Positions 50,701 to 64,000 of a stretch of DNA of 64,000 nt are shown piece by piece. The notes beneath the pieces are model-generated. The model was not told where the DNA came from. It worked only from the letters and a program-made list of their open reading frames with translations, and made no database searches. Positions within the stretch are counted from its first letter, which is position 1, and each line of letters starts with the position of its first letter. Position numbers and translations under genes: made by a program. Origin of the DNA: Tubulanus polymorphus (lineage: Eukaryota > Animalia > Nemertea); assembly GCF_964204645.1 (NCBI RefSeq), contig NC_134025.1:8494001-8558000 (forward strand), given 5' to 3'.

Positions 50701-53700
50701 TACATGTTAACAACCTTCTCCAATTTGTAGGAAATAAAACAGGTACATATGAAGCATGCATATATAAAACCAGTCTAACATAACTCAGTATTTCAACTAA
50801 TTTCTTTCTTTTCGGGGAGGGGGTATTTGTTTGACTGACTGCGAGATAACTGATGCATCTCAAAATGCTGACTGAATCTTAACATCTGAATTCATGAATG
50901 GTAGATTTCTGATGAATAGTTGCACAGCACTTGAAAGACTTCATGGATTCGATAACATTTTATTCGCAGAATTTTTGATTGAATATTCGTTCACTGCAGA
51001 AAGTGCAGTGCACTGGCACGGATTATATTGCATTGTGCACGCAACCGGATTTGAATTTTTGCAATTTCACTTCCTTGTATAGAAACTGAATAACAGCATT
51101 TCTTACTGCCTTATCCAGTGAAGAGGAGTAAGTCAACTTAGTGAGTTACATAATAATATGTAAATTACGACTTGGCAGTTGATAAGTAGTATGTAATGAC
51201 TCTAAAGTATTGACCGCAATAATATCATTGATCACAATATTTATTTCATTACACATGAACATACATTTCAAAATATGTGTAGTTCCATAATATCTCTATT
51301 TTTATTCATCTCACTCTCGGAATGAAATTAAAAATTCATTTATTGATTGTATTTTGCAAAATCAATAGAAAACTATTTCCCAGGCTAGCAGAGATAAGAG
51401 AATATGCTTTGATAAGATATAACGGCTTACTGTACGTCCTATCAGATTTTCATAAATATTCGTATCAGCATCATTTGCACTCTCTAGTATACGCTTAGAA
51501 ACCTCAACCTTTCTCTTTTTCAAACATAGAATGCTATGACTGGAAGAATGGGTGCTAGCTGTGCGTAAAGGCAAGATTCTATCAGTAGTCACCGGATTAA
51601 GTCAGTAATTCTTACATCAATGCCAGCGGGAATGTGCCTGACATTTAACAATTCGTGCCAATCAAACGACGAATTCCAAGAAGAATATCATCAATCTGTC
51701 ATTCACTCAATAGATGAAGCCAGACCCATACAGTATATATATGGCTACAAATGAAACTGTGGTCAAATTTCCCATCCAGGCACTTGGGAGTCAATTTTTG
51801 GACTGCTGTCTTGACTAAAAGGGGTTCCTGCTATTGCGAGCTGCAACCCACTGAATTGTCCAATCATTTTATTGAATTCTACTGATCAATCAGCCAGGGA
51901 GATGGAGTCCTGTTACCCCCCCCCCACCGTTACAATAACAGGTTAACTTTTCCTCAATCCTGTGATTATATTTTTTGAAGAGATTTATTTAGGAGCAAGA
52001 ACATCCTACCGGTACTTACTATTCACAAGGGCAATTGGAAAACATACGCCCGATTGCATTTCAAACAAGTCACCTAAGAGTGTTGAATAAACCTCAAGAG
52101 TCAATGCTTTTAAATTACCCCGGTAAGAGTCATATTTCATGTCTGGGTCTAAAATGTTATACACAATTTTATGGTCGCCCTGATGAAGCGGCGTTTGTTT
52201 GAATAAAATGCTGGTTCAGGTATATAAACACTGATTCAGATGACATTTGGTTTAATGTTAGATATTACTTGTAGAATTTAAAGCTATGGGCAAAATGGTT
52301 GTCTGATGTGAAATTGCAATGCCGCTATAAGGCATAATTCGGTTATTAAGATAACCGAGTGCAGATTAACTCGGTGCGGAAAAATTGAAGTATAGTTGGT
52401 ACATAACAAAACTATAGACCTAGAGGTCACGATTTATGCATGCATTTAACAGAGATGGTTAAACTGCTTAGAAATTGCACCCGAGGCACCTGATTTTCAA
52501 AGATTTCTTGGGGGAGGACCCCCAAACCACTGATTTTGCGGGTTGATTGATTTCGTTCTCCCGTGGAAATTCTTGGCAACATCCATGTCAATGCCCCCTT
52601 GTGAACATACACAGAAACCAATGACCTTAAAAATCACAGAACATGTCATGAGATACAACTTTGCAACTACATAATTCCAAAATATGCAGACATAGGGGGG
52701 ACAACAACAGGGTAATCCGCAGAGAACAGACGGATGACTGACTAAAAATGAATGCAATGTCCCACTATGAGGCTCCGCCCCAAATGGGGATTGATCTATC
52801 AATACTATATGATGCATTACAATATGATGCTAGAACTAGTCTTCGACGACCCTTAAATAAAAATCCTTGACAGCTTGAAAAGTGAAGAACCTATGTATGG
52901 TGGACACCTAGATACTTACCTAGTCTCACATATAACAGGTACTGCATACTGGAACGTGGTTCTGTGTACAATATACTCCCACGCATGCTGACCCACGCTA
53001 TAAATCCCTCGACGACTATACATCCCGATAATATCACTAAATATCCGAGTACGTGTTCTTGTAAATCCACTAGACATTGCACGTTTTGATCGAATGGAAC
53101 CACACCAAGTATCACACCGAGGACGATCACCCTGAAAACAACGACAATCTTTAGATTAATACATATATTCGAGAGCCAACGCGGCGCATACCGAAATTTC
53201 AATAGAAAAATGAGGACTACAATAACGTCAATATTCCGCGTGATATCATAAATGAACAGCAAAGAAGACGTGGTTCATCGTGGACTCAAGTCTGATATGG
53301 TATAACACACGGATGTTGTTTGAACTCTCACCATTACAAATTAATGCTAATTAGGTGCATATTATGTAGCTCCTTTCTACTGAGTGAAGTGAAAAAATTT
53401 CTTATCATCATCAGGCTGTAATGAAATTGGGGATTTGCTCATTCGTGCAGAGTTGATGAAATTTCGCCTCTCCACTGCGAGTGCTAATCCAGCAGCAAGC
53501 TGGTCGAGGCAGGAATGGTTTCGATCAATCGAAACATCAATATCTGCCGATACTATCGGTGGTGATCAAGTACCATTGATCACGCATTCTCCAGACCTCA
53601 ACAGATGAAGGCGGAAATAGCCATTTTACGCAAATATGACTTCATCTCCCAGGTGAATGATCAAATCAATGAAATATACAACACTTAAAAGTATGGCATT

Positions 53701-56700
53701 TCCTCAGAGTATGGCTACCCAACAAATCACTAATGCACGGCAAGTCAATCAAATGAGATACCCCATTACCATAATTTTCAGATTTGCTATTAGCATTATA
53801 AAGATGGTAATGGTACCTTTTAAACTGATGATGAACTCATAGCGACCATAGTCTGAACCTGTGCTTTTCACACCTTAGGTTAGTTGATGATTATGTAAAG
53901 CTACACATAGTGATCAAAACAATAATGGGTGGATTTACATTCGTCATGAAAATTCCACAATATTAATGTCCAATATCTTTACAACTGCAAATGGCAGCCC
54001 ATCAGGGTGTAATTAACTGCACCTTATAAAACATTTGAGTTTTTTTATAGTCTTGAGAATCATAAAATTAAGCCATCAAGAAATTGAAGAATTCTGAAAA
54101 AATGGCAGTTAACAACACAAGGAGCAGAGAACCCATTTATTTGTTTTAGATTGTATATCGTTTAATGATCATCGTCAATGATGCATCATTCATTTGTCCA
54201 TTGATGAAGCATGCATCTGATGAACCATGACAAATGTCGGTTAGATCTGTAAATGGCCAATCATTCTGAATAGCTACTGGTTCATTGTACCTCCTTTTCT
54301 TAATGGCTCGGTCAATGAAGTAACGTTTATTGGCTACTGTCTCCATTACTTACTATGTATGCATGACAAAGATAATGGTGTAATAAAAGGAATAAACACT
54401 GATAAATCTGAAACACCAGCCCTTCACTAATCCGCTTGCCATAAATGCTGCCTATCCCGGATATTGGTAAGGCTTGACACCCACGTAATGGCTTCTCTTC
54501 ATGATGTCTAGGAAGGCCTGTTAAGTCAGTTTCTCCAACGGATTTTTTCATCTGACATATTAAGCATAAATACCAATGATGCAAATGACGGCTCAGTTCC
54601 TTAAGGTCAAATATAGATTTATCTTTTTAATACAATCATTGGAGTGTCAATTGGGTTTATCATTTTCATAGTGACCTCCTTAAGATCAGCATATTTGGTG
54701 ATGTAATAATGGCAGTTGCATCTAATATCTTTACCACTTTCAGCCAGAATGCAAAAATATACTTTTAGCCCAGATGTCTCAGAGTTCCTGTCAACTGTAA
54801 CGTATCACCTCATGTGAATGTAAACTTATCGGGGGCCCTTGGAAAATGCTGAGGCATTTGATTGCATACACACGGAAATTGTCAGATGTCACCATGACAC
54901 CACATGAGTCATCTATCTCGATATACAATAGGCCTATACGTGTGGAGATGACACACCACAATACACTGGTAATTGTCACATTTTCTTAACCACAGACAAG
55001 ATACATGACATTTTACTGAAATAAATTTCTAAGATTGAAACAATATACAGACTTTTTACGATTTTAATTGGGCATGTTGATATATATCAGAAGAACTTTA
55101 TCAAATCTCCATGTTATGTCATGGTCTACCTGGATATTGATTTTAGCTAATGAGCCCCAAGTACAGACGATAATGTAACTTAGTTGTTAATGACTCATAC
55201 GAGGACACAGTTTCCTAGTCACTTGGAAGATCCAATAACACATCATACAAAAATCAGGTATAATCAGAAAAACACTCATTCAGCAAGCTTTAGTATACCT
55301 CATAATGAAGCTACATATGATTAATCATCACTGAGAAAAACTAGAATTGGGAACTACGAGATACCATTATGGTGGCAATAAAAGTAAATTTCCAACATAT
55401 CATATCAGGTCAAACTATCAGTATGCAATTTCATCATAGGGTAATTCTATATAATGATGATCAAGAGCAAATATTTGGATGTATTTGTAGTTCACATGTC
55501 AAAACATATCAATTTGGCAAATTTTGGCAGTTTATGAGATTCTACGTGAGACCAAACAAAATTATGTATCCAAGTTAAAATATCCGAGTTTAGTAGAGAC
55601 TGGAATAAGTCATGGAAATTGTTAGAAATAAATCTGAAGACATGAGCAGACAGCCAGCAGACTTCACCTGAATACAGATGTGAAACCATTTCTTCAAAAC
55701 CACGAGGTTCAAGTAAAAGAAAAGATCAAGTATTCTGGAAGTAGTTTAACACATCAGGTGTACAGCAATACTTGAAGTGTAGAGAAGTTTATCGCATAAT
55801 ACCCACGCAATCTCATCCTGAACAGACAGCCATGTAGATTGATAGCTGCGAAACCTTTCCAGCATTGTGGTATTGTATACTACCAAAAACAAAATTCAGC
55901 ATCAAAGTCTGGTTTCTAGTAAACACAAACTGCAAATCTCCAGGTTTTTAAATTAAAACGGAACAGTCAGAAAACTATGGCTATTTTCATCCAATCAATT
56001 TCATTTCAAGAGAAATGCTCATTCATCATTCCAGCAGCTCTGGTACTGTAGAGCAAGTCTTGCACAGTGGTTCGGTTGTAATTTCAATGTGAAGTGAGTC
56101 ATTTTCATTGTCATCCGATTATGTTCATTATCAATCAGAAGGAAAGCGAATTTGCCATCAGAGACATTAGGCGTTCAGTAATAATCTGCAGGCGAGAACA
56201 TGAATCTTTCACAATATCTGATCAACACGACATAGTCTTCAAATATAGCCTACGTTTTACTTATAATTGCATGGCGATGTTCGAGTGATTGATCGGCTAC
56301 ACGATGAACCGCCATTCAATAAATAATGCTTCATTTTTCGCAGCTTCACCTACAAGCTAAGTTCGCCCATGTCACTGTGCTATGTATGACCTTCAAGCAT
56401 ATTTTCAAAACCATGCTGATACTCGCACATTAATCTACCGGTGAATTTTATTCATGAGTATTTAAGAATAACAATTTCAAACATCCGATTATCAACTTGG
56501 GCAGGTGTTCATGATTACCTATAGTAATTAATATCTGCAATAGTAATATCATGAAGCCATAGAGAATATAACTTCCAAGAAGTATACTAAGAACTATGCA
56601 GCATGTTTAACCAAAGGGAAAATGGTTAGTTTGTTTATACAATTCAAACGCATACTAAAGATATGTTCTACACTAATTTGACGGAATGATAAAAAATTCA

Positions 56701-58434
56701 TGGCATCATATCGCGATCAAAAGGCCTATAATTGGATACAATTATAATAAGGAATAGAATTTAATGAATTGCATTTCACCGATGTATTGCGCTGCAGCAA
56801 TATGTACCGGTGTATCTGGATACATGATTCTATAATATATTGAAGCGTCATGGAGTGAATCATTCATCCCTATTCTTACTACGTGTGTCCATCGTTCGGC
56901 AAACACCATTGCAATAACGTAATTGCATGTGTGACACTGTACTAGGCAAAGATGCTGCCTGATGTGCTGAGGGGAATCAGGACACACCACGCTGTCCATC
57001 ATTAAATCCTTCAAACACACCACAGGGACATGAAGACACTAGTCAGAACTATAGCATCTGAACTTTCACCCTAAACTTGACCTTATCTCGATACAGTAAC
57101 TTTACTTCCAGGTCCTTAAATCATGTCTGCGCTGTGCTTCAAAAGGATCCTAAAAGCTTGGAGTAATTCTGAAAAATTGCTTCATTCGTCATCAATCTTA
57201 GTGGTAAAACCAAAATATATGAAGATGAATAATAGACACGATGATAAAATCAAGATTACCTCATTTATGTATACATTATTTCAACTCCCTGGAGCAACTT
57301 AAATTTGATTCTTCCCTAGAATGTATTGATTTTCACTAGATTGTGACCAGTCTAGCTCTCAATTTTCATGATCAAAGCTTCAAATATCATAGACATACAC
57401 TAAGGCAATGTTTTTCATTTTACATACATGTATTATGAGCGGAGCCAATTTTTCAAATGATTCTAATGATGTAATATATGTATAAATAGAATATGTTGAA
57501 TACAACAATGACAATATATCTATGTATGATATGCAGCAACTAGTATTGATCTTTGCTTGAAGAACATCATTACAGATTCACATACGAACCATACTGGTAT
57601 ATACATTTTATTTCCACCATTTCATAAGGTATCGAGCTGCTATCTGGTCTATACACTTGAGCGCATCAATCAATATCATTTAGGTTCAAATGTTAACATT
57701 TAGGTTTCAAATGTTTGCCGCATATATTACTAGAGCTCAATTAAAAAATCTATAATTTTATTCTCTTTCAGAACAAACACTCCATCAGCTTTCCATTGTT
57801 TTAATCCCTTTAATTCCAGTGATTGCATTTAATGGGATTGAGATACAAGGATAAACAATTTCACTGAGAACTAAAACAAACATTTAAAATGATTTTGCAC
57901 TTTACTTAAACAGCAATCTTCAAATGAATAGTTGAACATACACAGGCGTATGGACAGGCTAGGACTAGGAATCTTAAAAATTTATCTGATTAAAAGTAAA
58001 TAATGAACAATGCAGGGTTACAATAATTGAGAATTTAACCAGGCATATGAAGATTTAGATGTTTATTCAAAAATTCCTCATTGGACATGTCTATTCATAA
58101 CCCAACCCAATATACACTTCCTAAAGAGCCATTTGTCTTATGATATCAAACATCATTTGACAGGTCATTAAAACTTATCTGAGCATAAAAGATAGATTAA
58201 GGTTTTAAAGCCTCATTTCTGACAATATCTCACAATTACAATTTGTCAAGCAGATATGTGAAGTTTATGTTTGAATTGAATGTGCGAATCGAACATAGTT
58301 TTCAAGTATCATAAAATCCAATGAACCCAAAACACTTACCATACTGTATGTAATATCAAGAGAAATCCAGCTGGCACAACAAAATCATCTGAACCGACAG
58401 TCCAACGACGTTTGAAAACCACTATACCAGGCAT
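29798..58434 (-). CDS. DAGLA: sn1-specific diacylglycerol lipase alpha (inaE-like), ~1099 aa, 17 coding exons
   Basis: Exons on the minus strand are 58434-58340, 53131-52920, 50168-50067, 48598-48424, 41403-41322, 40162-40025, 39043-38835, 38543-38402, 38193-38110, 37027-36950, 36732-36652, 36567-36431, 36257-36189, 35401-35329, 35203-35007, 33953-33827 and 31096-29798. They sum to 3300 nt with consistent phases. The protein has the N-terminus MPGIVVFKRRWTVGSDD, four TM segments, FFRDLDVVPSDVIAGL, IRGTLSLQDVLTD, the catalytic motifs GHSLG, GKDIIPR and NDHMP, and a long Ser-rich tail. Confidence 0.95.
34785..34925. mobile_element. Possible non-autonomous Helitron/Helentron-like fragment
   Basis: GGCGGCCATATTTG..CCGAT..CCATTTTCAATAG..ACCAAGTTTTATGGAAATCC resembles the body of common invertebrate non-autonomous Helitron-like repeats. 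The ends are not defined. Confidence 0.35.
45250..46045 (+). pseudogene. Heavily decayed Ty1/copia pol fragment (RNase H end)
   Basis: STKSEYLEMISA and GILKIRYCETADHITNLA*TLIQEGFAG*LILLGL resemble the copia motifs STxEAEY and GxIxLxYCxTxDxxADxLTKxL..F..LGL. The left boundary is uncertain. Confidence 0.4.
47773..48375. mobile_element. PIF/Harbinger-like MITE remnant in DAGLA intron 4
   Basis: The ends are GCTGTGTTCACACTAC and reverse-complemented GCCCCATTCACAGTAC, with internal TGGACCAACTT/AAGTTGGTC motifs. It is related to the element at 62060-62325. Confidence 0.45.
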
Positions 58435-59292
58435 CGTACACAAACAGCTGTCCACAGCACGAACAATTACATTTTTACACCGCCTTCAAATTCTAAACCC
58501 ATATTCGATTAACTCCTTATTTTGTTGGGTATATCTTATAATAGATGAACTGCATTTGTCCTTTCGATGAGAAATTTTCAGTTGCAACGATTACCATCTA
58601 AGTGAACACTGAAGCCATAGTCTCCCTCCTACTACCAGCGCGTTGCCAAGCTTGATTTCCTCAGAATGCTGCTGGCAATGTCGTGAAAACAGTAGTAGGC
58701 ACTGCAAGAAGCAAATTAATATGATAAACAGTGTTACAATGTTCAATGCAATAATTCCAATCTAATTTCGCCACGCTAATCCATAAGTCACAGTGACCTC
58801 CGTTGAATCAAACATGCATCTAAACTGAAGTGCAGCTGCTGTTTCTATGGTTCATTAATGGATATTTTACGGAACATGCTGTAATTGAGGCATGTTTATT
58901 TATATTCTACCATACACGACACTAGATGGAGACACTTTCTAATAGCGCACACTGAATTTTGAAATGATAGGGATCTTAAGAAAAACCTTTTCATTGATTG
59001 ATACACGTGTAGTTACAAAGGGAATGGTGTGAAATAGAAAAAAGTTACTTCATAATTTAATGATTTAATGTTAAACGATGTTTCCATTTCTACATCCAGC
59101 CATAATTTTTGAATTTGAAAAAACCACGGTATAGGCATGGAAACATTTTGTTTAACTTGATTTCTTTACGGCCCCGGTCTCAATGAAGACTTTTTTTTGC
59201 AATCCTTCAATAGTGTAAAATGGATTAACAATCCGTTTTGGTATACCGGGTAACTGCCCGCATGGTCCTATTACGGACAGATATCAGATATC

Positions 59293-59366
59293 TAGAGTCT
59301 AGCTCAGTTTTGGTACTACTGTCATACCAAAACTGACTGAGCTAAACTCTAGCTCAGTCAGTTTTG
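59293..59366. repeat. A-A'-A inverted repeat (alternative hairpins) between the DAGLA and NACHO start codons
   Basis: 59328-59344 and 59350-59366 form a perfect 17-bp stem. 59293-59315 can alternatively pair with 59325-59351. Confidence 0.85.
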
Positions 59367-60173
59367 CCTCATACAGACCACACCCGATGTCCTCTCGCAC
59401 AGACAGTTGTAATAGACATTTCAATTTCAATTAGTGTGTCATGACGACTTCGTCTCGGCCCCAGGACAGTTTCAATATTTTGTCCATATGTAGATGTATT
59501 ATAGGCCTACATCATTACCAACATAGAATGTTTCCAGATAAGGATATGAGATAAGGATAAGAATATTCCGATAAGGATATGATTAATTGTATCTGGACTG
59601 CCCTGCCCCTTCGCCTCCTTCAGCCCTTTCTTCAAACAAGCCAACACATACGTGCAGAACACCACCACTCACTCACTTTCATATTATAATCAGGCCCATC
59701 GTATGCAGACTGTACTTTGGCAGGGATGGAATTCAGATATAGAGGAACTTATTTGACAGCAGGGTGGATGGGAGACATCTAAAGCCAATATTAGTATTTC
59801 ATATAACAAAGTCACAAAAACATTCACCCAGCACTGGCAGCGGTTGTCTCCACCCCTAGTCTAGTACCTAGCCGTCGTTCTGCGTTGTACGGAACCGGTA
59901 ACAACGAGGACTGGTATTCAGACTACGTACGGGCCAGCAGATGATAATCATCCGCGAACTGAGGACATGGTTTCAAAGAAAATCTACATTATTCCAAAAA
60001 CAGGTCAGCAGGGCTGTAGCGTATTCCTACACTCAAGGGCTAATGGTAAGGGCATGATGGTAGAATTAAATTGGAGGCGAGATCCTTTTTAAATTTCTGT
60101 AGATCGACGACCTTGAGATCGGGTATAGCTATTCGACGTTTTTGAACTTATTCTGTTACACAGTCCATATAAG

Positions 60174-62675
60174 ATGGCGGTGAATAGCGGTGTGCTCACT
60201 ATTCTCTCATGTTCACTTGGATTTTTCTTTATATTTAAAGGCACTCTTATGCTAACACCTGTTTTTAGTCAAGACTTTTACAAAGAATTTGTAAGTTGTA
60301 ATGGCTTCTATCTTAAATGAAGCTTTGAACCGAATGAAAATCGAAGAAATGGTGCTATGTGATAGTCTGTGCGAGTGACGCTTGTCTCGACACTTATCAG
60401 GCTATTTTTATTTAGTATTTTGCCCAGAAAATATAGGGTGTAGGATCAACTGTCTGTCACACGTTTCGTTCCGTTATTTTCTTGATAGTCAGTTGATCTG
60501 CCTAGGCTACATCAAGGTGTTCAGTAAGAATTTTGCAATTGCATTCAGAATTAGCTGTATGCAAAATCACAGGCACTTGAATATGGGCTTTGAATTTGTT
60601 GGTGGGTTAAAAATGATAAAATTTACCATAATCTTCGATAAAAATACCAACAGGGTCGCCATCTTAATTATCCATGATGCAACTATTTTACCCATGATCT
60701 AATGCGCACCCCTCGTCTATCTATACTATACAGAAATGCAGGAAACGCTCCTATCTCGGTAATACTTAAATCTATCTGCAAATATCGGGACAGCTGAAGT
60801 CACAGCAATCCCGAAGAGACATTTGGTTATTTCCAACAGAGCACTCATGCCCCGCCATCTGGTGGTTGAACTTCCAGCGAATTTTCAAAAATCAATTTTG
60901 GTACCAGTTAAAATATTATAAAAACAGTGTCAATGTTTCCAAAAATTCATCTACAATTGAAATTATGGGCGCTCCTTATATTTCAGGATTAAAATTGACA
61001 CCTCGGAACGAACTTTGGCAATCGTCGGCAGTGTGCGGCTGTCCCGATATTTGCGGGTAGATTTAAGCATTACAGAGATAGGAGCGTTTCCTGCCTTTCT
61101 ATATAGACAAGTTAAACAACAGGGGTGTGTTGCGTCATGGGTAAATTCATTATGATAAGAACATGGTGGATTATCGAAGTAGGAATATCATATCGCTGGT
61201 GAATTTTTAAATATCCATTATCAAAGCCCATATTCAAGTGCCTGTGGCAAAATGAAGTTACTGAACACATTGATCGATGTATTAATATTATTCAGATCAA
61301 CCAAATATTAACAAACTTATGTAGCAAAACGTCCCGCAGAGTGGAGGTGTGACACTGCTCTGCATCAGAAAACACTGAAAAAGCTGAGATCTTCAATAAT
61401 TAGTTATTTCAGGGGGCCTACTAGTGTAATTGTCGCAGATCTCCAAAAAAACATCCCTCTGCCTTTCAAAGTCTGGAGGGAAAGAGTTCAGATGACTTGG
61501 CACCTTTTTTGTGTATCGGATGACAGAGACACCAGTACAAGTGGGAAGGCCCTTTTGTAGACACTGCTTGACTGGCAAACCTGTTTATGATTACTTTTTA
61601 GTCACTGCAGTTGAGGTTTTCCCAAATGGTTATGTCCCTATCCTAACCATAAGCCAAATCCTTGGTAGTGTAAGTACTGCATTGGCCTAGCTGAAACATG
61701 ACATTAACTGCAGTGGGAATATGTAGGCTAATAGGAATGTACTATAAACATAAGAAGCCACTTTTTGTTTCTGTTTTTAGAGGAAGTACTTCATCAAAAT
61801 ATCGAAAGTTTTTCCGTTAACGAAATTGTTAGGATTCACTGTTAATCCACATGTTTATAGAAAACTGGTAGCTACATCAGAAGTTGTGAATGGAGTTGCT
61901 CTTTGTATGATTCCAGGTATGTAATGTTAAGTATCTAGGTGACTGAGGCGAGCAGCCGATGAGACATGAGATCATTCCTGATAGTATCCACAAAACCTTG
62001 AGGATACTCTCCATCGGCGCAAACCCTCAAGAACATGACTCCCTGAAAGTCAGTTTTCTGAAGTCGCTTTCACACAAGTTAATCCGTTCTAATTTGACCT
62101 GTACACTTTGATTGACAAGTTATTCAAGCAAAGTTTTTATAGTATTCACACACAGAAATGGTCCATTTTGATTTACAATGGACCAGCATTTTTGGTTGGT
62201 CTGAATTGGCCCAAAATTGACTCAGAACTGACTTATTATATCGCGAGTGTGAAAGCTTGGTCCATTCTAGATTGAAACCGAATGAATTGAGAACGTTCTA
62301 AGTAATGTTGTGCGAATGTAGCTTCTACCTTGAAATAGTAGCCGACTGTGATGACTGAGTGTTTCTTAACATTTTTCAGGGCCAATAAAACAGGTGGCGA
62401 ATGTGTTATTGATTTTCATGATGTGTGGAGCTCTAGCTACGCATGTGCAGATGGATGATGATCTGGAGCGAATGACGCCATCTATTGTGTTTGGACTTTT
62501 GTTAACGTGTAGACTTGTGATTTATATGCAAGTGCGAGCGCGGCAACATGCTCAGCGAATTGACAATGAAATACGTTTAGCGCGCGAGGCGAAAATACGA
62601 GAACTTCAACTGAAAGAGAAAAAACTACGAGGTTCAGCTAAAACTGAACAAAATGAATCGAAAAAAGCTCGATGA
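60174..62675 (+). CDS. TMEM35A: NACHO / TMEM35-family nicotinic acetylcholine receptor chaperone, 182 aa, 3 exons
   Basis: Exons 60174-60290, 61781-61916 and 62380-62675 give MAVNSGVLTILSCSLGFFFIFKGTLMLTPVFSQDFYKEF-RKYFIKISKVFPL..YRKLVATSEVVNGVALCMIPG-PIKQVANVLL..H..DDLERMTPSIVFGLLLTCRL. This matches the family hallmarks GxFF.F.GxxxLTP and VFGxLLTCRL, and there is a Lys-rich C-terminus. TMEM35A versus TMEM35B orthology cannot be resolved by eye. Confidence 0.9.
60395..61390. mobile_element. ~1-kb foldback/MITE in NACHO intron 1
   Basis: Perfect inverted blocks lie at 60568-60593/61221-61246 (26 bp) and 60738-60757/61075-61094 (20 bp), with weaker outer matches. The outer boundaries are approximate. 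Confidence 0.75.
62060..62325. mobile_element. PIF/Harbinger-like MITE remnant in NACHO intron 2
   Basis: The ends are GTCGCTTTCACACAA and reverse-complemented GCTACATTCGCACAAC. Its reverse complement aligns loosely to 47773-47865. Confidence 0.45.
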
Positions 62676-64000
62676 TGTTTCTTTGGAGAATAGTTTATTG
62701 TGTTTGACTGTTTTTGTGTTTTTGAACCATACATTGAGAGGATTTCCAGACTAGAGTGTATTTCTTGTTACTTGTCACTTATTCAATCATAAATCTTTTT
62801 GTAATATAGGCCTATCACCTTCAGCTTGAATCAACTACAAGTAGGAAAAAAATTATATATTACGTTTTTGGTGGAAAACAGAAAGGTGATTGTCAGATTT
62901 TCATCTCTGTAATGGTGCAAGTAATGGTCTTTTACCTTTGTCTTCCTTTACATTCTCTGCATAAAGTTAGTCACTTAGAAATTTGAAATATTTTAGCATC
63001 TTGATATCCTATGATACTAGTACATGTACACCTGAACGTCTCCTAGATTAGCATTGTTTAATTGCTGTACTTACAGAAAAGTCAGTTTATTCTATGTTAC
63101 AATGAAGTTTTTCCAGATGATTACAAATACGTGTACCTGTAATTTTACTTAACCTTTATTAAATTTTCAAAGTTGCAAATTGACCAATTTCTGAAGTTGC
63201 AAAATAAATATGTGGAAAATAATGTCAGAAATGAGAAAACCTATGTAGATGCATGGTTTGGTTGAAAAATATTTGTGTACTTGGGCTGTAGATATTTAGA
63301 TTATTTATTTCCCTAGTCGGTATTGAAAATTAGTTATGGCTACCCGCTAAGTAAGAGTCGCCCGTATACCAGGTCTCAAGAGATGATTCCTGTGTGTGGT
63401 TCCGATTTCTTTTGTCTAGTCTCTTTTTCAACTTTTTATATAGATCTACAAATAAATGTATTTGAGTTGTGTAAATTTCATTGTTCTTTTTCATTTTGGA
63501 AGCAGTCACAAGGAACAATGGTTTGTAGCAAGTCCACTAAGTGCTACTTTTTGGAAAAGGCCTTGATATGTGCTTACTTTTGACAAAAATGTCCAAGTGC
63601 TCACAAGAGCTCCTTTTTGACTTTGCAGTCACAGCATTCGCAATAGTGGATACTAATTGAAAGCCAAGCACACATCACTCCTGGGCAATTAACATGTCCT
63701 AGAACAGTTTTTATATCGGTGATTTATTGATGAATAAAATCTGTAGTCAATTGTTGATTTGTTATGGTACTTCTAATCGTTTGTCAGCCGACATTTTTCC
63801 ATTTCTAAATATCCCATTTTGTGTAAATAGAAAGCGCCCTTTTCATCATTTGAATCACAGCCTTTGGTAATTTCAGGATCCACCACTGAAATTCTATGAA
63901 CCTGTCCAAAACACTTTTGTGCGATAATTCATCCGAAATAAAGGATTCAAGTCAAGGGATACACCGGAAGGGGACATGAGACCAATCGAAATATGAAAAT

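Noticed and set aside
50909-50945. CTGATGA..GAAA hammerhead-like spacing
   Set aside because: No stem I partner and only a weak stem II.
52176-52207. Second hammerhead (CGCC-CTGATGA-AG-C-GGCG followed by AATAAA)
   Set aside because: Stem II and GAAA are missing. At most it is a deleted pLTR relic.
40828-57023. Numerous 60-110-aa ORFs inside DAGLA introns
   Set aside because: They show no recognisable domains or splice support, and their lengths are compatible with chance. Those overlapping true exons are accounted for in the gene model.

Overview
AT-rich eukaryotic genomic DNA with GT-AG introns, most likely from a marine invertebrate (the taxon is an inference). It holds three intact spliced genes. 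SLC35F5 is on + with CDS 22511-25740. A diacylglycerol lipase alpha (DAGLA/inaE-like) is on - with 17 coding exons at 58434-29798, about 1099 aa. NACHO/TMEM35 is on + at 60174-62675, head-to-head with DAGLA. The first ~21 kb is a dense repeat region. It contains a disabled Penelope-like retroelement (RT + GIY-YIG) whose 3' repeat keeps an intact minimal hammerhead ribozyme between a TATA box and AATAAA. It also has a 243-bp satellite whose monomer looks like an exon plus intron, and a 595-bp direct duplication. Further on are a 3.6-kb TIR element encoding a CxC5 (KDZ-transposase-associated) domain and carrying ~1.1 kb of degenerate telomere-like repeats, and two convergent LINE 3' remnants enclosing a structured ~68-bp tandem repeat. 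Many MITE-like palindromes are scattered throughout. All calls come from reading the sequence by eye; no searches were run.
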